Shown: piece after piece, positions 50,676 through 63,384 of the stretch | How positions within the stretch are numbered: position 1 is the stretch's first letter | Layout: each line of letters opens with the position of its first letter | Source of the DNA: Podarcis melisellensis | Taxonomy: Eukaryota | Assembly (NCBI GenBank): GCA_964234715.1 | Contig: OZ174279.1 | Strand: one strand, 5' to 3' | Length of the DNA: 64,000 nucleotides | Notes under the pieces: model-generated | What the model was told of the DNA's origin: nothing | The model's database searches: none | The model's input: the letters and a program-made list of their open reading frames with translations, nothing else | Position numbers and translations under genes: made by a program

Positions 50676-51924
50676 GAATGCTCCCCCAACAGAAAACTTA
50701 TATACACATATCTGCAAATATATGCCCTCTTTCATTCTCTTTTGCACTTATGCACAGTGCATAAGTGGTTGCTTTACCTTGGCTGAAACTCTAGGCCAAC
50801 CAATGGTGCTGTCCTTAGCTTTTTCATGTTAAAGGTGTGATAAGAAGCTAGCCTACGCACATACACTCACCTACGTACAAATGTAAGTATTGTGGGCTGG
50901 CATGAAGCAGTCTGTCCCAATAATATTTCCCACGCCAGGTCTCATTTTGGCCAGTAAGCTTTGCAAGGCAGAGTTCATGGATGCACGTTCCTTGTTTGAT
51001 GCCTCAGAGTGCTAATCAAATTAGCCTAATTTTTGTACTACCTAAGCCACAATAAGCACAGCGTAACTAGACAGATCCCCTGACCATGCTGAACTGAGGA
51101 AAGGCACTCTGTCTCTGGGAGTGTAGAGAAGTGAAAGAAGGCTTTGATACCACCACCACCCCAAAAAAGTCCTATGTGGGGCCTAAGTAGTACCCAGCAA
51201 CACTTGCACAGCCACCACACAGAAAGGGCAGGATGCCATAGCCCCATGAAAAATGTTACTGGGGATGAGGCACAGCCAACTTTTAAAGGTGGGCCAACAC
51301 TCCCAGTCTCATTGGCTAGCCACAAAGACCCTTAAGTGTTCATCTATACTTTATTCCCGTGTTTCATTCCAGAGGAGAAGTTAGGAGTAAGCCCCAATTG
51401 CATGTTGAAGGCAGCTTGGTACAAATAACCAGAATAATTTGATTCAGCACCTCCTCTGAGAATCTTTAGCTCCGGGACAGTTGCAATGTAGAAGCCCCCT
51501 AGAAAGCAGTTAAAAGGGAAAAAATACCAATGGTGACAAAAGAAGGCAAGAGAGAAGAGTCCTGGCAGCAAAAGGAAGACGCAGGTTACGAAATTGTTTG
51601 GAAATGACAAAGCAACACAATTAGGAAGCAGGGATAAAATGGGGGTGTTTGCACAGGAATTCCAGAATCTGGAGAATGTGTGGAAGAATGCTGTTTAAAC
51701 ATTTCACCTGGACGGCCACTGCCCACTGCAAACCGGCAGAACCATTTCTGCATCTGAAAGTTGCTTAATTGTTGCATTTGCACTAATAATTGCATCCCTT
51801 TGTTTTACTCGGCTCTGGGGAAAGGCAGCTTTGGAACTGAATCTCATTTTGAAAAACAAAAAAGTGCTATGACAAGCTCAGGGATTTTCCACTACACACT
51901 TTTAAACCAAATCCATCATCATCA

Positions 51925-52112
51925 TCATATGCCATCCAACTGACTGGGTTGCCCCAGCTGCTCTGGGTGGCTCACAACAAAATATTAAAAAAACCTTCTT
52001 TATACAGAGCTGCCTTCAGATGTCTTCTAAAAGTCAGTTCATTTCCTTGACATCTGGCGGGAGGGCGTTCCACAGGGCGGCCGCCACTACCAAGACCACC
52101 AGAAGGCCCTTG
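51925..52112 (-). mobile_element. L2 3' fragment
   Basis: The reverse strand reads ...VVAAALWNALPPDVKEMN plus the L2 3' UTR. It abuts a half copy of the hAT MITE at ~52112-52167. Confidence 0.8.
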
Positions 52113-52646
52113 GAGCTGGAAGTTGTAGTCCAACAACATCTAGAAGGCACTACATTGGCTACCCCTGAAATATAGCTGAACAAACTGATTAGATGTTCAT
52201 CATCAATCAGAGGTGACAATAAATTTTCTGCAGGCATCCACAAGGCATTACTGAGTCTCATCTTACATTCTGAGTAGGGAAATAAATTTTTCTACATGTA
52301 TATCTCTTATTGGCTCCCAACAAAGTCAGGTTGTGTACATGGTTTCTCTCCCCGCCATCAGCAATTTTATCATCACAACAACCCTTGGAGATAGGCTGGG
52401 CTGAGGTATAGGGTTGCATTCAACAGAGCACTAAGGTGGCAGAATGTTCTACCTACCCACCCCACCTTGCAATATGTTATGGGGCTCCCCCAATCTTCCA
52501 GAACAGATTTGTAGATGGGAGAAAGGGAGAGAGGGGGAGAGGTTAATTTAATATCACCCATAATGACTAGTCTAAGAGAGGCCATTGTGCTTCATAGCTG
52601 AGTGGAGAGATGAACCTGGGATCCCCCAGTCCTATGCTTTGTAAAA

Positions 52647-52888
52647 CAGTGGTACCTCGGTTTTTGAATGTCTCCATTGACAAACACTTTAGTTTTCGAA
52701 TGCCATAAACCTGAAAGTAAATGCTTCGGTTTTAGAACACACCTCAGAAGTCGAACATGACATGCTGCTTCCACTGAGTGCACGATCCTGAGGCCTAGCT
52801 GTTGGCTACTGAGTTTTCGGTTTTCTAATGTTTCAGAACTTGAACGGTCTTCCAGAATGGATTACGTTCGAAAACCGAGGTACCACTG
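52647..52888. mobile_element. Tigger/pogo-like MITE (related to 10105-10333)
   Basis: CAGTGGTACCTCGGTTTT ... AAAACCGAGGTACCACTG|TA. Confidence 0.9.
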
Positions 52889-54625
52889 TACATCTGAATA
52901 GGACAAACTAGACAAATTTTCATTCTAAACACAATTATTTCAAAAAAACTGGGAAGATATTTTTATTCAGCACACAACCTCATTGTCTGCCATCCTGAAA
53001 TGCTAACCCGCTACAGATTATAGTTAGTGAGCAATATGCAACATGATAAGCACTTTTCCTTAAATGCAGTCCACGTACCAATGTAAGCTGTGCGATATGA
53101 ATTGAAGTGAAGGGAGCAACTCTCCCAGGGAATGTGCATGGAAATTATTTCCCCAGAACTGGAGTCAGATTGCCATATGGGTCAGCTTAGAGAATTATGG
53201 AATCACACAGATGAAAGGGATCCAATGGATCATCATGTCTAACCCCCTGGCTTTGAGATGAGATATTCTGAAGCGTCCCCTGCCAGATGTCTCTCCAACC
53301 ATTTCTTGGAAAACCTCCAGGGAATCATGTCTGATCTCTTCCTGTCTAATCTGTTTATTTCAAAATATTTTCATGATTCATAGCATAATTCGGGGGAAGG
53401 GAATGGGCTGGGGATTCCCTTAGCTATTTCTTCCTCCAGTGTATATAGATGGATATTCAAGAACCTCTAAGTTTCCTGCAATGAATTACTCTATTATTTA
53501 TTTAATTCATTTATATCCTGCCTGATCAGCTGACCTTACCAAATAATAGCACATCTACTGGGCAACAGCCTTGTGCTGCCTTGGGCTTTGTTGAATGTGA
53601 CTGACAAGGAGGAAGTGGGCTGGTGCAGTTTAGAAATTCAAAATGCAATTACTGGTTATGATTCCTAGTCCTTTTCCATATTTTACAAGTAAAGTAAAGA
53701 ATAAGGAAGCACTTGCACTCACACCTGGGTTAAACAATATAATTGTTTTGGGAATGCTTGGGAAATGTAGGATATTTACACAAATAAAATCTCACAGGGA
53801 GGATATAAATGACAGACAAGCCTATTGTCTCTTGTTGGAAGCAAGGTCGGGTCTCCACATACAGCAGAATATGATGGGAAGGATGTGATAAAATGGATAA
53901 ATACCAACTCAGGCTGTTTGGAGAGGGAGTGAGGAGCTACGATTTTTGAAAACTGCTGCACGTAATAATAATAAAAAATGCTTTGATTGCTTTCAGACTA
54001 CAAAGGACCACTATTACTATATTAACCTTTGTATGTGGAAATAATGAATAAAAATGGCATGCTTCACTTAAAACCCTGGGCGAATACATGATCTCTTTGG
54101 CTTTTTAGCTCCCAAATTAACATACATTCATATAAGCATACCTTTATTTTGTGGTCTATTTCTCTATCTCCCCCTTTCCTATCAGGATTTGGAGTAAGGC
54201 TCCTACTGTCTTTTTTAGGGGAATGAAGCAATCAGTAGCCTTTCTGTTTGCAAGTGATGAGAATGAGACAGGGACAAGCCATGGATGGTATTTTGCTAAA
54301 CATGAGATTATGGGGAACCAATGAAACTTGTACATGCCCCCCTTTTTTGCAAGTAAGGGGCCAGAGTGGGGCTCTCTCGCATAGTGGGCAGTGTGCGGGA
54401 CGTGACTCTGCTCCTTAAACCAAGACTAGGATGTCACATGGAACACAACACACTATTTTATGCCACAACCAAAAGCACATATTTATAGGACTGTGTTGCA
54501 AGGCTATGAGATATACACAGGGTAATGGTTTTATTTACTACACTGATAAAATCGAGTGTTAAAAACAAATTTATCAAAATATATAGAAAACCATGAGATT
54601 AAAACAGATACAGATTAACTATACA

Positions 54626-55093
54626 GACAAAGGTCCATATAGTTAAAGCTATGGTTTTCCCAGTAGTGATGTATGGAAGTGAGAGCTGGACCATAAAGAA
54701 GGTTGATCACCGAAGAATTGATGCTTTTGAATTATGGTGCTGGAGGAGACTCTTGAAAGTCCCATGGACTGCAAGAAGATCCAACCTATCCATTCAGAAG
54801 GAAATCAGCCCTGAGTGCTCACTGGAAGGACAGATCTTGAAGCTGAGGCTCCAATACTTTGGCCACCTCATGAGAAGAGAAGACTCCCTGGAAAAGACCC
54901 TGATGTTGGGAAAGATGGAGGGCACAAGGAGAAGGGGACGACAGAGGACGAGATGGTTGAACACTGTTCTTGAAGCTACCAGCATGAGTTTGACCAAACT
55001 GCGGGAGGCAGTGGAAGACAGGAGTGCCTGGCATGCTCTGGTCCATGGGTTCACGAAGAGTTGGACATGACTAAATGACTAAACAACAACAAC
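54626..55093 (+). mobile_element. Bov-B LINE 3' fragment
   Basis: Open frame MVFPVVMYGSESWTIKK...RIDAFELWCWRRLLKVPWTARRSN...YFGHLMRR, with a (CAA)n tail. Confidence 0.95.
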
Positions 55094-57759
55094 AAAACAG
55101 ATATGCGCAATAAAATTATATGTTAAATTTTCAGGTAGGCTTGCTTAAGCAATAATTTTTTTTAAGCAGGTGCCAAAAACCATACAGTAAATGTGCCTGT
55201 CTAATATAAATGGGCAGAGATGGGCTGCCACACCGAATGATGGATTCCTTGCACATTATGTGGCCCTTGTAAATTTGCCAGTTCTGCATATCAAAGTAGT
55301 CCCGCAGGCACATATAAAACCTGGTCCCAAGGTATATTTTCTCAGGTATATATTGGCATGGAATTTACAGGACAGCTGAACCTATCACACCTGCTACTTC
55401 TGGTGTTCCTTTATAAAGGAAGATTTGCCAGATAATAATTATTATTAATGATTATCCACCCTTCACCCTAAGGTCTCAGGGCAGATTGCAACTCAAAACA
55501 ACAGTTTAAAACAACTCTTTTTTAAAAAAAAATCCATTGTATACTGCCAGAACTTTAATATAGAATTATAATCAATCATAGGGGTTTTTCGTTTTTTGTT
55601 ACTGTAACTCAAGTAGGTTGAACTTGCCTGGATGCTCAATGAATAAAACTAAGAGCAAGGTTCTGTTTTGAACAGTGATTGAGAAGTGCTGAAAATCGTA
55701 TGAAGGAAGAGCTTGTTTGCTGATACCTCCTTTAGACACCTAATAAGGAAATAAATGACTTTGGCCACCTCTTGTGTAACATCTTGCCCTCGTTTTACAA
55801 TGAAAAGAAGCATCAAGCGGGATATGTATATACATTTCCTATAAGATGCAGACTTACTGTTGCATCTTTATTCAACATCAGCTTCCAGATGGGAACTATT
55901 TTTCATGGTTCATAAAGCCAAAACCAGCTGCTACATTTGAACCTACATAAAGAATTGGCTTTTTTTTTTATTGCCTTACCAGGGCTTAGAAAACAATTGC
56001 TGTTGTTTCTTTGGGACTGCTGCACTTTACATCCCTTAGAAGGCTTACCGTATGATATCAGGATATTCTTAAAAAATAAAATTAACAACCCCAACACTTG
56101 TAAAGGAAGAGACACTTTTTCAGCTAGCTCAGCACAAATAAAAACAGTATCCCACAGAAAAGCGATGTGCCTTCACAGTGCACTTCAACTGTGCTCAGAT
56201 ATTTTTTTCTAGAAAACTTGCAAATGGATATGAGATGCTGCTTCCTTCCTCCTTTATTTTTGCTTTGTTTTGAGAAGATAGGAAGTACACCCAACAATTT
56301 CCTCCTCCCACCCTCCCGCTTTCCTCTCTTCCAAGCAAAAGCCATTCTTTGATAGTGATAGGGAAAAACCATGGCGATTCTCACAATGCATAATATTCCC
56401 ACAGTTTAAACCAATATTTAACCCTTGACGTGCTTTGAGGAAAGACTGTGTAGGCTGTGTGTCTGAGCCGAAGGGAGAAAAGGGAGGAGGCTGGGGGGGG
56501 GATCCTCATTAGGAGTAAACCTAATATTATGGGAGGAATCATGCAACACTTGCAGCTATTATTATAGTCGGGCATAATTCATTTGCATTTTAGATGGGAT
56601 TGTCAAAGCAACCAAAGCAAAGCACATCAGTTCCGGAGGAGAATTATTCAGGCTGGCCAAATTACCCATCTCTGTGTTTTTGTCATTAGTCAGAGATTTC
56701 TAGTGGGGGTTTTTTTGAATTCACTCAGTCACATGCATTAAGGATTTTTTCCCCCTCCCCTGCTCGCACTTTGAAATAGCATATGTCAGCACATTCAAAG
56801 GAGCCCACAGAAAACCAAGGGAGAGGCACGCAGAGAGTTAACATGTGTGTATGACAGGGAAGCAAGTTTGCTGTGAATTGGGAAGCACAAACTATAGTAA
56901 ACCATTGGATAATCCCCCACCCCGCTAAGTGGCTTCCCCAGAGGCCTGATACAGTGCCAAAGCCTCTTACGCATACTGAGACAAAGCCTCTTGCAAGGCG
57001 AATTCAACTCCTGAAGCCACCATACTGCTTCCTGACAGCCTCCAATTGCATAGTCTCTGTATTTGTGATTCCTGCTGCTTATATTTACTTGTTCCCAGGG
57101 CCACAACAGGCTCCATAAACAAATACTTGCCACTGGAATGGGCTTTATATCAATTCAGGTACTGTGCTTTGCTTTCCCTTCCAGGATTTCCCCCCTCCTT
57201 GCATAGATTTGTGCAAATAGGCTTTTAATACCTTGGAGAGATTAATTTGGCAATTACAAGCCAGTTTAGAAACACATGCTAAACAATTGGTCATATAATC
57301 ACCATCCCTTCTAGCATAGCACTATTGAAGCTTAGGGAAAACATTTTCCGAAGCAGAAAAGGCATGTTTGCTCTATGGATTTATTAAGGAATAAACCTTA
57401 ATGTGTTGATTAGTTCCCAGTGGATGTTTTGTGTTGCTGTCTCTCTTTGGCCTGCAGACAAAAATGGAAGTGATATGTCTGATTACAGGTATTCAAAACC
57501 TTTGTGGAACCATGTGTAGATATTAAAACAGCAAGGGTTGGGCTCACTGCTACATTACAACAGTTTGTACACCAATGGAATGCACTGGCCAAGCTCTTGC
57601 TTTGAAAGAAGAAAAGTGAAGTCTCAAGGGAATGGACTAGGGTAAGATGTTCACTTTAATAGCAAAATAAAATTGACTGGAGAAGTAATGAAGCTTACAT
57701 AGGTGATGATTAAAATTTCAGAGAGGAGATGCTTCAGTATAGCTAACATAACCAATGAG

Positions 57760-57880
57760 GCAATCTCAAAATATTTGGACTCCAACTCCCATAAGCCCCA
57801 GCCAGCACAGGCAATAGTCAGGGATGATGGGATTTGTAATCAAAAACATCTGGAGGGCACTAATTTGGGATAAGGCTGCA
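57760..57880. mobile_element. Degenerate hAT MITE (family of 7737-7872)
   Basis: CAACTCCCATAAGCCCCAG...AGGGATGATGGGATTTGTA...AACATCTGGAGGGC. Confidence 0.6.
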
Positions 57881-58777
57881 ATAAAGTCACAGTCTCATCT
57901 GCCATTTCTTATCAACTTTAGGTCCAAGTCAGAACCACTGATGGAAAATATATGATCAATGAAAGTGGCACACTGAATTTTACCTGAGATGTAAAGGGAT
58001 GGTTTCACATGATGGTTTTTGGCCTACTGGCCATCCACACACTGGCTTATGCTGGTGTAAAACTGGTGTTGTTGCTTTAATCAGACCAATTCACAGGATT
58101 ACTGCATGAACTGTTTTGGTCCAGACTGCAGATTGCTTGGACCAAACATTGGGAGGTTTCAACCACTATAGTCTCCTGAAACAGATGCCAACAACCTAGC
58201 ATGCCATTAAACAGATGCTGTCATTTCTCAACTCACTCTCCAGGTGTATTCCCACTGCAATCTGCATTCCCACATAGTTGATTTGTCACCCGAGGCACCA
58301 GGAAACTGACCTGAGGGGTGGGGGAAACAGTTGGTAACAAACATTTTAAGGTTCACCAAGAGTACAGATATAGCAATATTGTGCCCTTGGCCTGTTGCAC
58401 CCTTGTAAATAAGCCCACAAAAGTTACTAGCCTGCAAAAATGTTTACTACCTAGATGCAGGCTAGAAAGTTAGGGTGGAGTGGTCTGTTCTTCCTGCTGC
58501 ATCAGTGCTGAGCATTCTGACAATCCAAAAGCAACACAGTAGGCTAATAATATGATTACAACACTTATTATTATTATTATTATTATTAGCCTACCGTGTT
58601 GCTTTTGGATTGTCAGATTATTCTGTTTGCAACACAGGGGATCTTTGTTGTTTACCTTCAGTGCTGAGCATGGCGGAAGGGGTTTCTTTCTTCCAGTTTC
58701 CATGGTGGGTTTAAATAAGAGATGATGACCCAATTAGAATTCGTGGTCTCATCCTGTCATTGGCTCAGGCTTAACCT

Positions 58778-59534
58778 GTTGTCTTTGTCCATGGAGTTTT
58801 TTGGCAGGGATACTGGAGTGGCTTGCTGGTTCCTGCTCCAGGTGGATCACGTTTGGTCAAAATTCTCCACTATGACCAGTCCATCTTGGGTGGCCCTGCA
58901 CGGCATAGCTCATAGCTTCTCTGAGTTACTCAAACCCCTTCACCACAGCAAGGCAGTTATCACCGCAGATGGTGACTGCAGTCGCAAAATTAAAAGACTC
59001 CTGCTTCTTGGGAGAAAAGCAATGACAAACCTAGACAGCATCTTAAAAAGCAGAGACATCACCTTGCCAACAAAGGCCCGTATAGTTAAAGCTATGGTTT
59101 TCCCAGTAGTGATGTATGGAAGTGAGAGCTGGACCATAAAGAAGGCTGATCACCGAAGAATTGATGCTTTTGAATTATGGTGCTGGAGGAGACTCTTGAG
59201 AGTCCCATGGACTGCAGGAAGATCCAACCTATCCATTATGAAGGAAATCAGCCCTGAGTGCTCACTGGAAGGACAGATCTTGAAGCTGAGGCTCCAATAC
59301 TTTGGCCACCTCATGAGAAGAGAAGACTCCCTGGAAAAGACCCTGATGTTGGGAAAGATGGAGGGCACAAGGAGAAGGGCACGACAGAGGACGAGATGGT
59401 TGAACAGTGTTCTCGAAGCTACCAGCATGAGTTTGACCAAACTGTGGGAGGCATGGAAGACAGGAGTGCCTGGCGTGCTCTGGTCCATGGGGTCATGAAG
59501 AGTCGGACATGACTAAACAACTAAACAACAACAA
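58778..59534 (+). mobile_element. Bov-B insertion with inverted 5' segment
   Basis: 58778-~58960 resembles the Bov-B 5' region in antisense; ~58959-59534 is the sense 3' end with a (CAA)n tail. 12-bp TSD CAGGCTTAACCT at 58766-58777 and 59535-59546. Confidence 0.9.
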
Positions 59535-59604
59535 CAGGCTTAACCTACTGCTAGTCTTCCTGCCTTCCACTTTACCAATCCCAATGGGCATCAGCCACCA
59601 CTGG

Positions 59605-59993
59605 TGGACCCTCCAAGTGTCCCTATTTTCCAGGGACACCCCTGGTATAGAGAAGCCATCCCGATTTCTGATTTGATCCCCGAATGTCCCACTTTTCCTT
59701 AGGATGTCCATATTTTCACTGGATAAATGTTGGAGGATATGGTAGGGTGTCCCTTTCTTCATTGGCAAAATGTTGGAGGCTGTGGAATTATCTGATCCCT
59801 GGGCCATCTGAAAGTAATCCTGTATAGCGAGTGGGGTTTTTAAAAATGTTTAATGTTTTATTGTTTTTATATATGTTGGAAGTTGCCCAGAGTGGCTGGG
59901 GCAACCCAGTAAGATGTGTGCGGTATAAATAGTAAAATTATCATTAGGGAATGGGAAGTCCCTATTTTTGTCAGAGAAATGTTGAAGGGTATG
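59605..59993 (+). mobile_element. Non-autonomous TIR element with 6-bp TSD and captured L2 3' UTR
   Basis: Ends TGGACCCTCCAA / TTGAAGGGTATG; TSD CACTGG at 59599-59604 and 59994-59999. Collinear with 30622-30955. Confidence 0.82.
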
Positions 59994-60267
59994 CACTGGT
60001 AGCAAGCCCTATTTAATTCAGTATCTCTTTCTCCCAGATAGGTGGGGGAGAGATTACAGTCTTAGTTGGGCATGATTTATGGAATGCAAATGAGAAATGA
60101 TTGTGAAAACTGGACTCAGAGCAAGCTTATCATCTGAGCTCAACCCCTGACCTCAGGATCCTATTAGGCCAATTCCACCTCATAACCCCTTTAGTTGGTG
60201 AAGTGGTTGCCACAATTCACACACACCCCAAGAAAGGTGGGGAGATCTGTTGCCCAATGTTCCAGGG

Positions 60268-60596
60268 GGTAAAGGTAAAGGTAAAGGGACCCTTGACCAT
60301 TTGGTCCAGTCGTGACCGACTCTGGGGTTGCGGTGCTCATCTTGCTTTATTGGCTGAGGGAGCCAGGGTACAGCTTCCGGATCATGTGGCCCGCATGACT
60401 AAGCTGCTTCTGACAAATCAGAGCAACGCACAGAAATGCCGTTTACCTTCCTGTCGGAGCGGTACCTATTTATCTACTTGCACTTAGACGTGCTTTCGAA
60501 CTGCTAGGTTGGCAGGAGCAGGGACTGAGCAATGGCCGACTTCTGATCGGCAAGCCCTAGGCTCTGTGGTTTAACCCACAGCGCCACCTGCGTCCC
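60268..60596 (-). mobile_element. Sauria SINE (type B) with deleted B-box
   Basis: (GGTAAA)n tail, core, and head GCGCCACCTGCGTCCC. About 30 bp containing GGTTCGAATCC is missing near 60535. Imperfect TSD GTTCCA(G/A)GGG. Confidence 0.9.
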
Positions 60597-61699
60597 TAAG
60601 TTCCAAGGGATACTTATTACCAATTGGCATAAATGTCACATGGTCATTCCGATCTTCCAGTATTGTTTGCTGCCAGAATAGAGCCCTTATCAGCCCTGCA
60701 GAACCCTACTTCCTTCTTCTCAGCCCTCTGCATGTGTGCATTCATTCACTTGTTGTTTTACTTGGCACTCACTGCTTCTCAATCTATGAATGTTGGCATA
60801 TAAAAGGCTGGCAGCCTTTCAGGCCCTTTAAATTACATAGGGTACTTTGAAGAGCACATTAACTTCTTTGCCTTATGAATAGCTATAGTTAACAACTAAT
60901 GCAAAAAAAAATGTGCTAAGGTAAAATAACAGAAGACTTCCCAAAATCTATTTGAGATGGATTGAATCTAGAAGCCAAATTTCCAGCCCTGCTAAATTGC
61001 AGGATGTTGGTTTGGCCCATGATAACAGTAGAAATCAGAAGTGGCCTAAGGTTGAAATGGATTCACTATATTTATATTAGTGGGAAGAGGGTATGGTTGT
61101 TAATTGTAACTCTTCAAAGATAATAGCAGTCTCCGAACAACTCTCAGCACCCTGAACAAGCTACATTTCCCAATATTCTTTAGGGGGAAGCCATGACTGT
61201 TTCAAGTGATATGATGTTGCTTTGAACATTTGGTGCGTATGATGCCTCAGTGCAGTTCTTTTAGTGAAAACAAATTTTAGGCTCAGATCGTACACTTTTA
61301 TTTGGTTGGCATTCAACAAAATGCTGGACCTTGCACTGATCCACCTGGTAGTGTGGCCAGTTCTGCATGGCCAAAAAAAGCGGAAGGTTATCATCAAAAA
61401 GAATACAAAAGAGACTGCAGATTTGCATAATACCTGCACATGCTAATTCATATGTACACATGCAGGTTTAGAAATAATGGATATATTCAACTGTTTCTAA
61501 GTTTCATTCAGAGTAGATCTGTTGAATTTTATCGTCTTAACTTAGACATGTCCATTCATTTCAATGGGATTACCCTTTGATTATTGACTGTATGTCTTTC
61601 GTACTTGGCTCTGTATAGTGGAGCTTTGGGTTCTAGTTAAAACAAAGTAGGTCCAATAAGCCTAATGTAGAAGAATCAGATGCGTACAATTTCCTTTGT

Positions 61700-61731
61700 C
61701 TATTTATTTATTTATTTATTTATTTATTTAT
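61700..61731. repeat. (TATT)n microsatellite, probably a retroelement tail
   Basis: About 8 TATT units. Confidence 0.85.
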
Positions 61732-61952
61732 ACATTCATTCAAAGCTTTATTCCACACTTTTCAGCTGGAAAGCTCTCAGTATGGCTTATAAATAATTTT
61801 TAAAAAATAAAAAACCCCTCACAGAGTATCTGCCCTTGAGCTTGCAATCTAAAACAACATGACACAAAAGGAAAAGGCAGTGGGCAGAGGAGAGAAAAAC
61901 AGGCGAAGTTGGGTACCAAACTCTTGATGTTACAAAGTTCATATAAGGACTA

Positions 61953-62183
61953 CAGTGGTACCTCTGTTTACGAACTTAATTCGTTCCAGAGGTCCGTTCT
62001 TAATCTGAAACCGTTCTTCACCTGAGGTACTACTTTAGCTAGTGGGGCCTCCCGCTGCCGCCACGCGATTTCTCTTCTCATCCTGAGGTAAAGTTCTTAA
62101 CCCAAGGTACTACTTCCAGGTTAGCGGAGTCTGTAACCCAAAGTGTTTGTAACCCAAGGTCTTTGTAACCCGAGGTACCACTG
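61953..62183. mobile_element. Tigger/pogo-like MITE
   Basis: TA|CAGTGGTACCTC ... GAGGTACCACTG|TA; collinear with 35543-35787. Confidence 0.92.
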
Positions 62184-63384
62184 TAGCTTGGATAAATTAC
62201 ATTAATATCCTAAGAATCTCAGGTGTTAAGATCCCCTAAGATACACAGGTTTTCTAACACATCCTGGATCCCATCATAGTTTCTAATATAAACAGAGTGG
62301 TTGCGAGTGCCTTTTTAGCAATACCATCTCTGTATCATATTCAGATTGGCAGCTAATATAGGGATGCCTGTCCCAAACCACAAGAGTCCATTCCTTTTGG
62401 AAATAGACTAAAACAGATTTTAAAGCAGACTTTAATATTTTGGACTAGCATTTGGAGCCAGTGTTGAGACTACTGAGGATCAGCAATTGTAATATTTGTC
62501 TTTAGCTGCTTAATTACAGTTTAATTCAACTGCTAAAGGGAATCTTGAGATTTCACTATCAAACTTTCTTAAAACCAAAATTTCTCAAATTCTTTAAGTG
62601 CTAGAATCTGATAGTACTTTATTTATTTTGGATGCTTTTCTGCCCCAAAGGGGTTCTCAAAGCAGCATACCAAAACAAACAAAGAAACTTACGGTAACTT
62701 AGGAGAAAACTATTTTAATGTCTGATGCAATACAATAGAAAATTAGCAATAAAAGAAGAAATCAATCAAATAAAAGCAAATAATAAACAATATGAAATAG
62801 GACCTTAAGTAGCACACAAAAAACCCCAAGAAACAGTCAGTCTCAGCAATAAGAGCTTACCTGAGACCTGCAAGTATAGGGCATTATACAAATTTTAATA
62901 ATAATAATAATAATACTGAAGGAATAGGACAAAAAGAAAGAAAAAGATATGGCCTTCTACAGATGCCAAGAGAAGGATCAGGAAGGGGCCAGGTAAGCCT
63001 CCTGTGAAAGGGAGTTACACAATTTGTACTACAACTGAGAAGGACCTGACCCATGTTCCACATTTCTTTAAAGTTGGTGCACAGCCACCACGCTAGACCT
63101 TCATACCTTTTTAATAGCAGTTCTCATTACATTCCTTGATGTAGGATTCAACTCCCTGGCTTCATCACACCATTTGCTCTTCAAATCCTATTGTATAAGC
63201 ATCCAGTCTCTTAGGCAGAGGCTTCTATCCTTCCAGCATTTTTTATTATTATTTTAAAAACAATGCAGAGTTGTTTTTCTTTCTTCTTTTGTCTTTTTAT
63301 TATGGGGGGGGAGCACACTGACCATCCCACCACTTCAACCCAACCTGAAGGCATAGTTCAGATCTAAACAATAATAGCGAAGTT

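Noticed and set aside
58722-59498. Longest ORF (258 aa) as a host gene
   Set aside because: It is a chance fusion of antisense Bov-B 5' sequence and sense Bov-B ORF2 C-terminus, with no sign of domestication.
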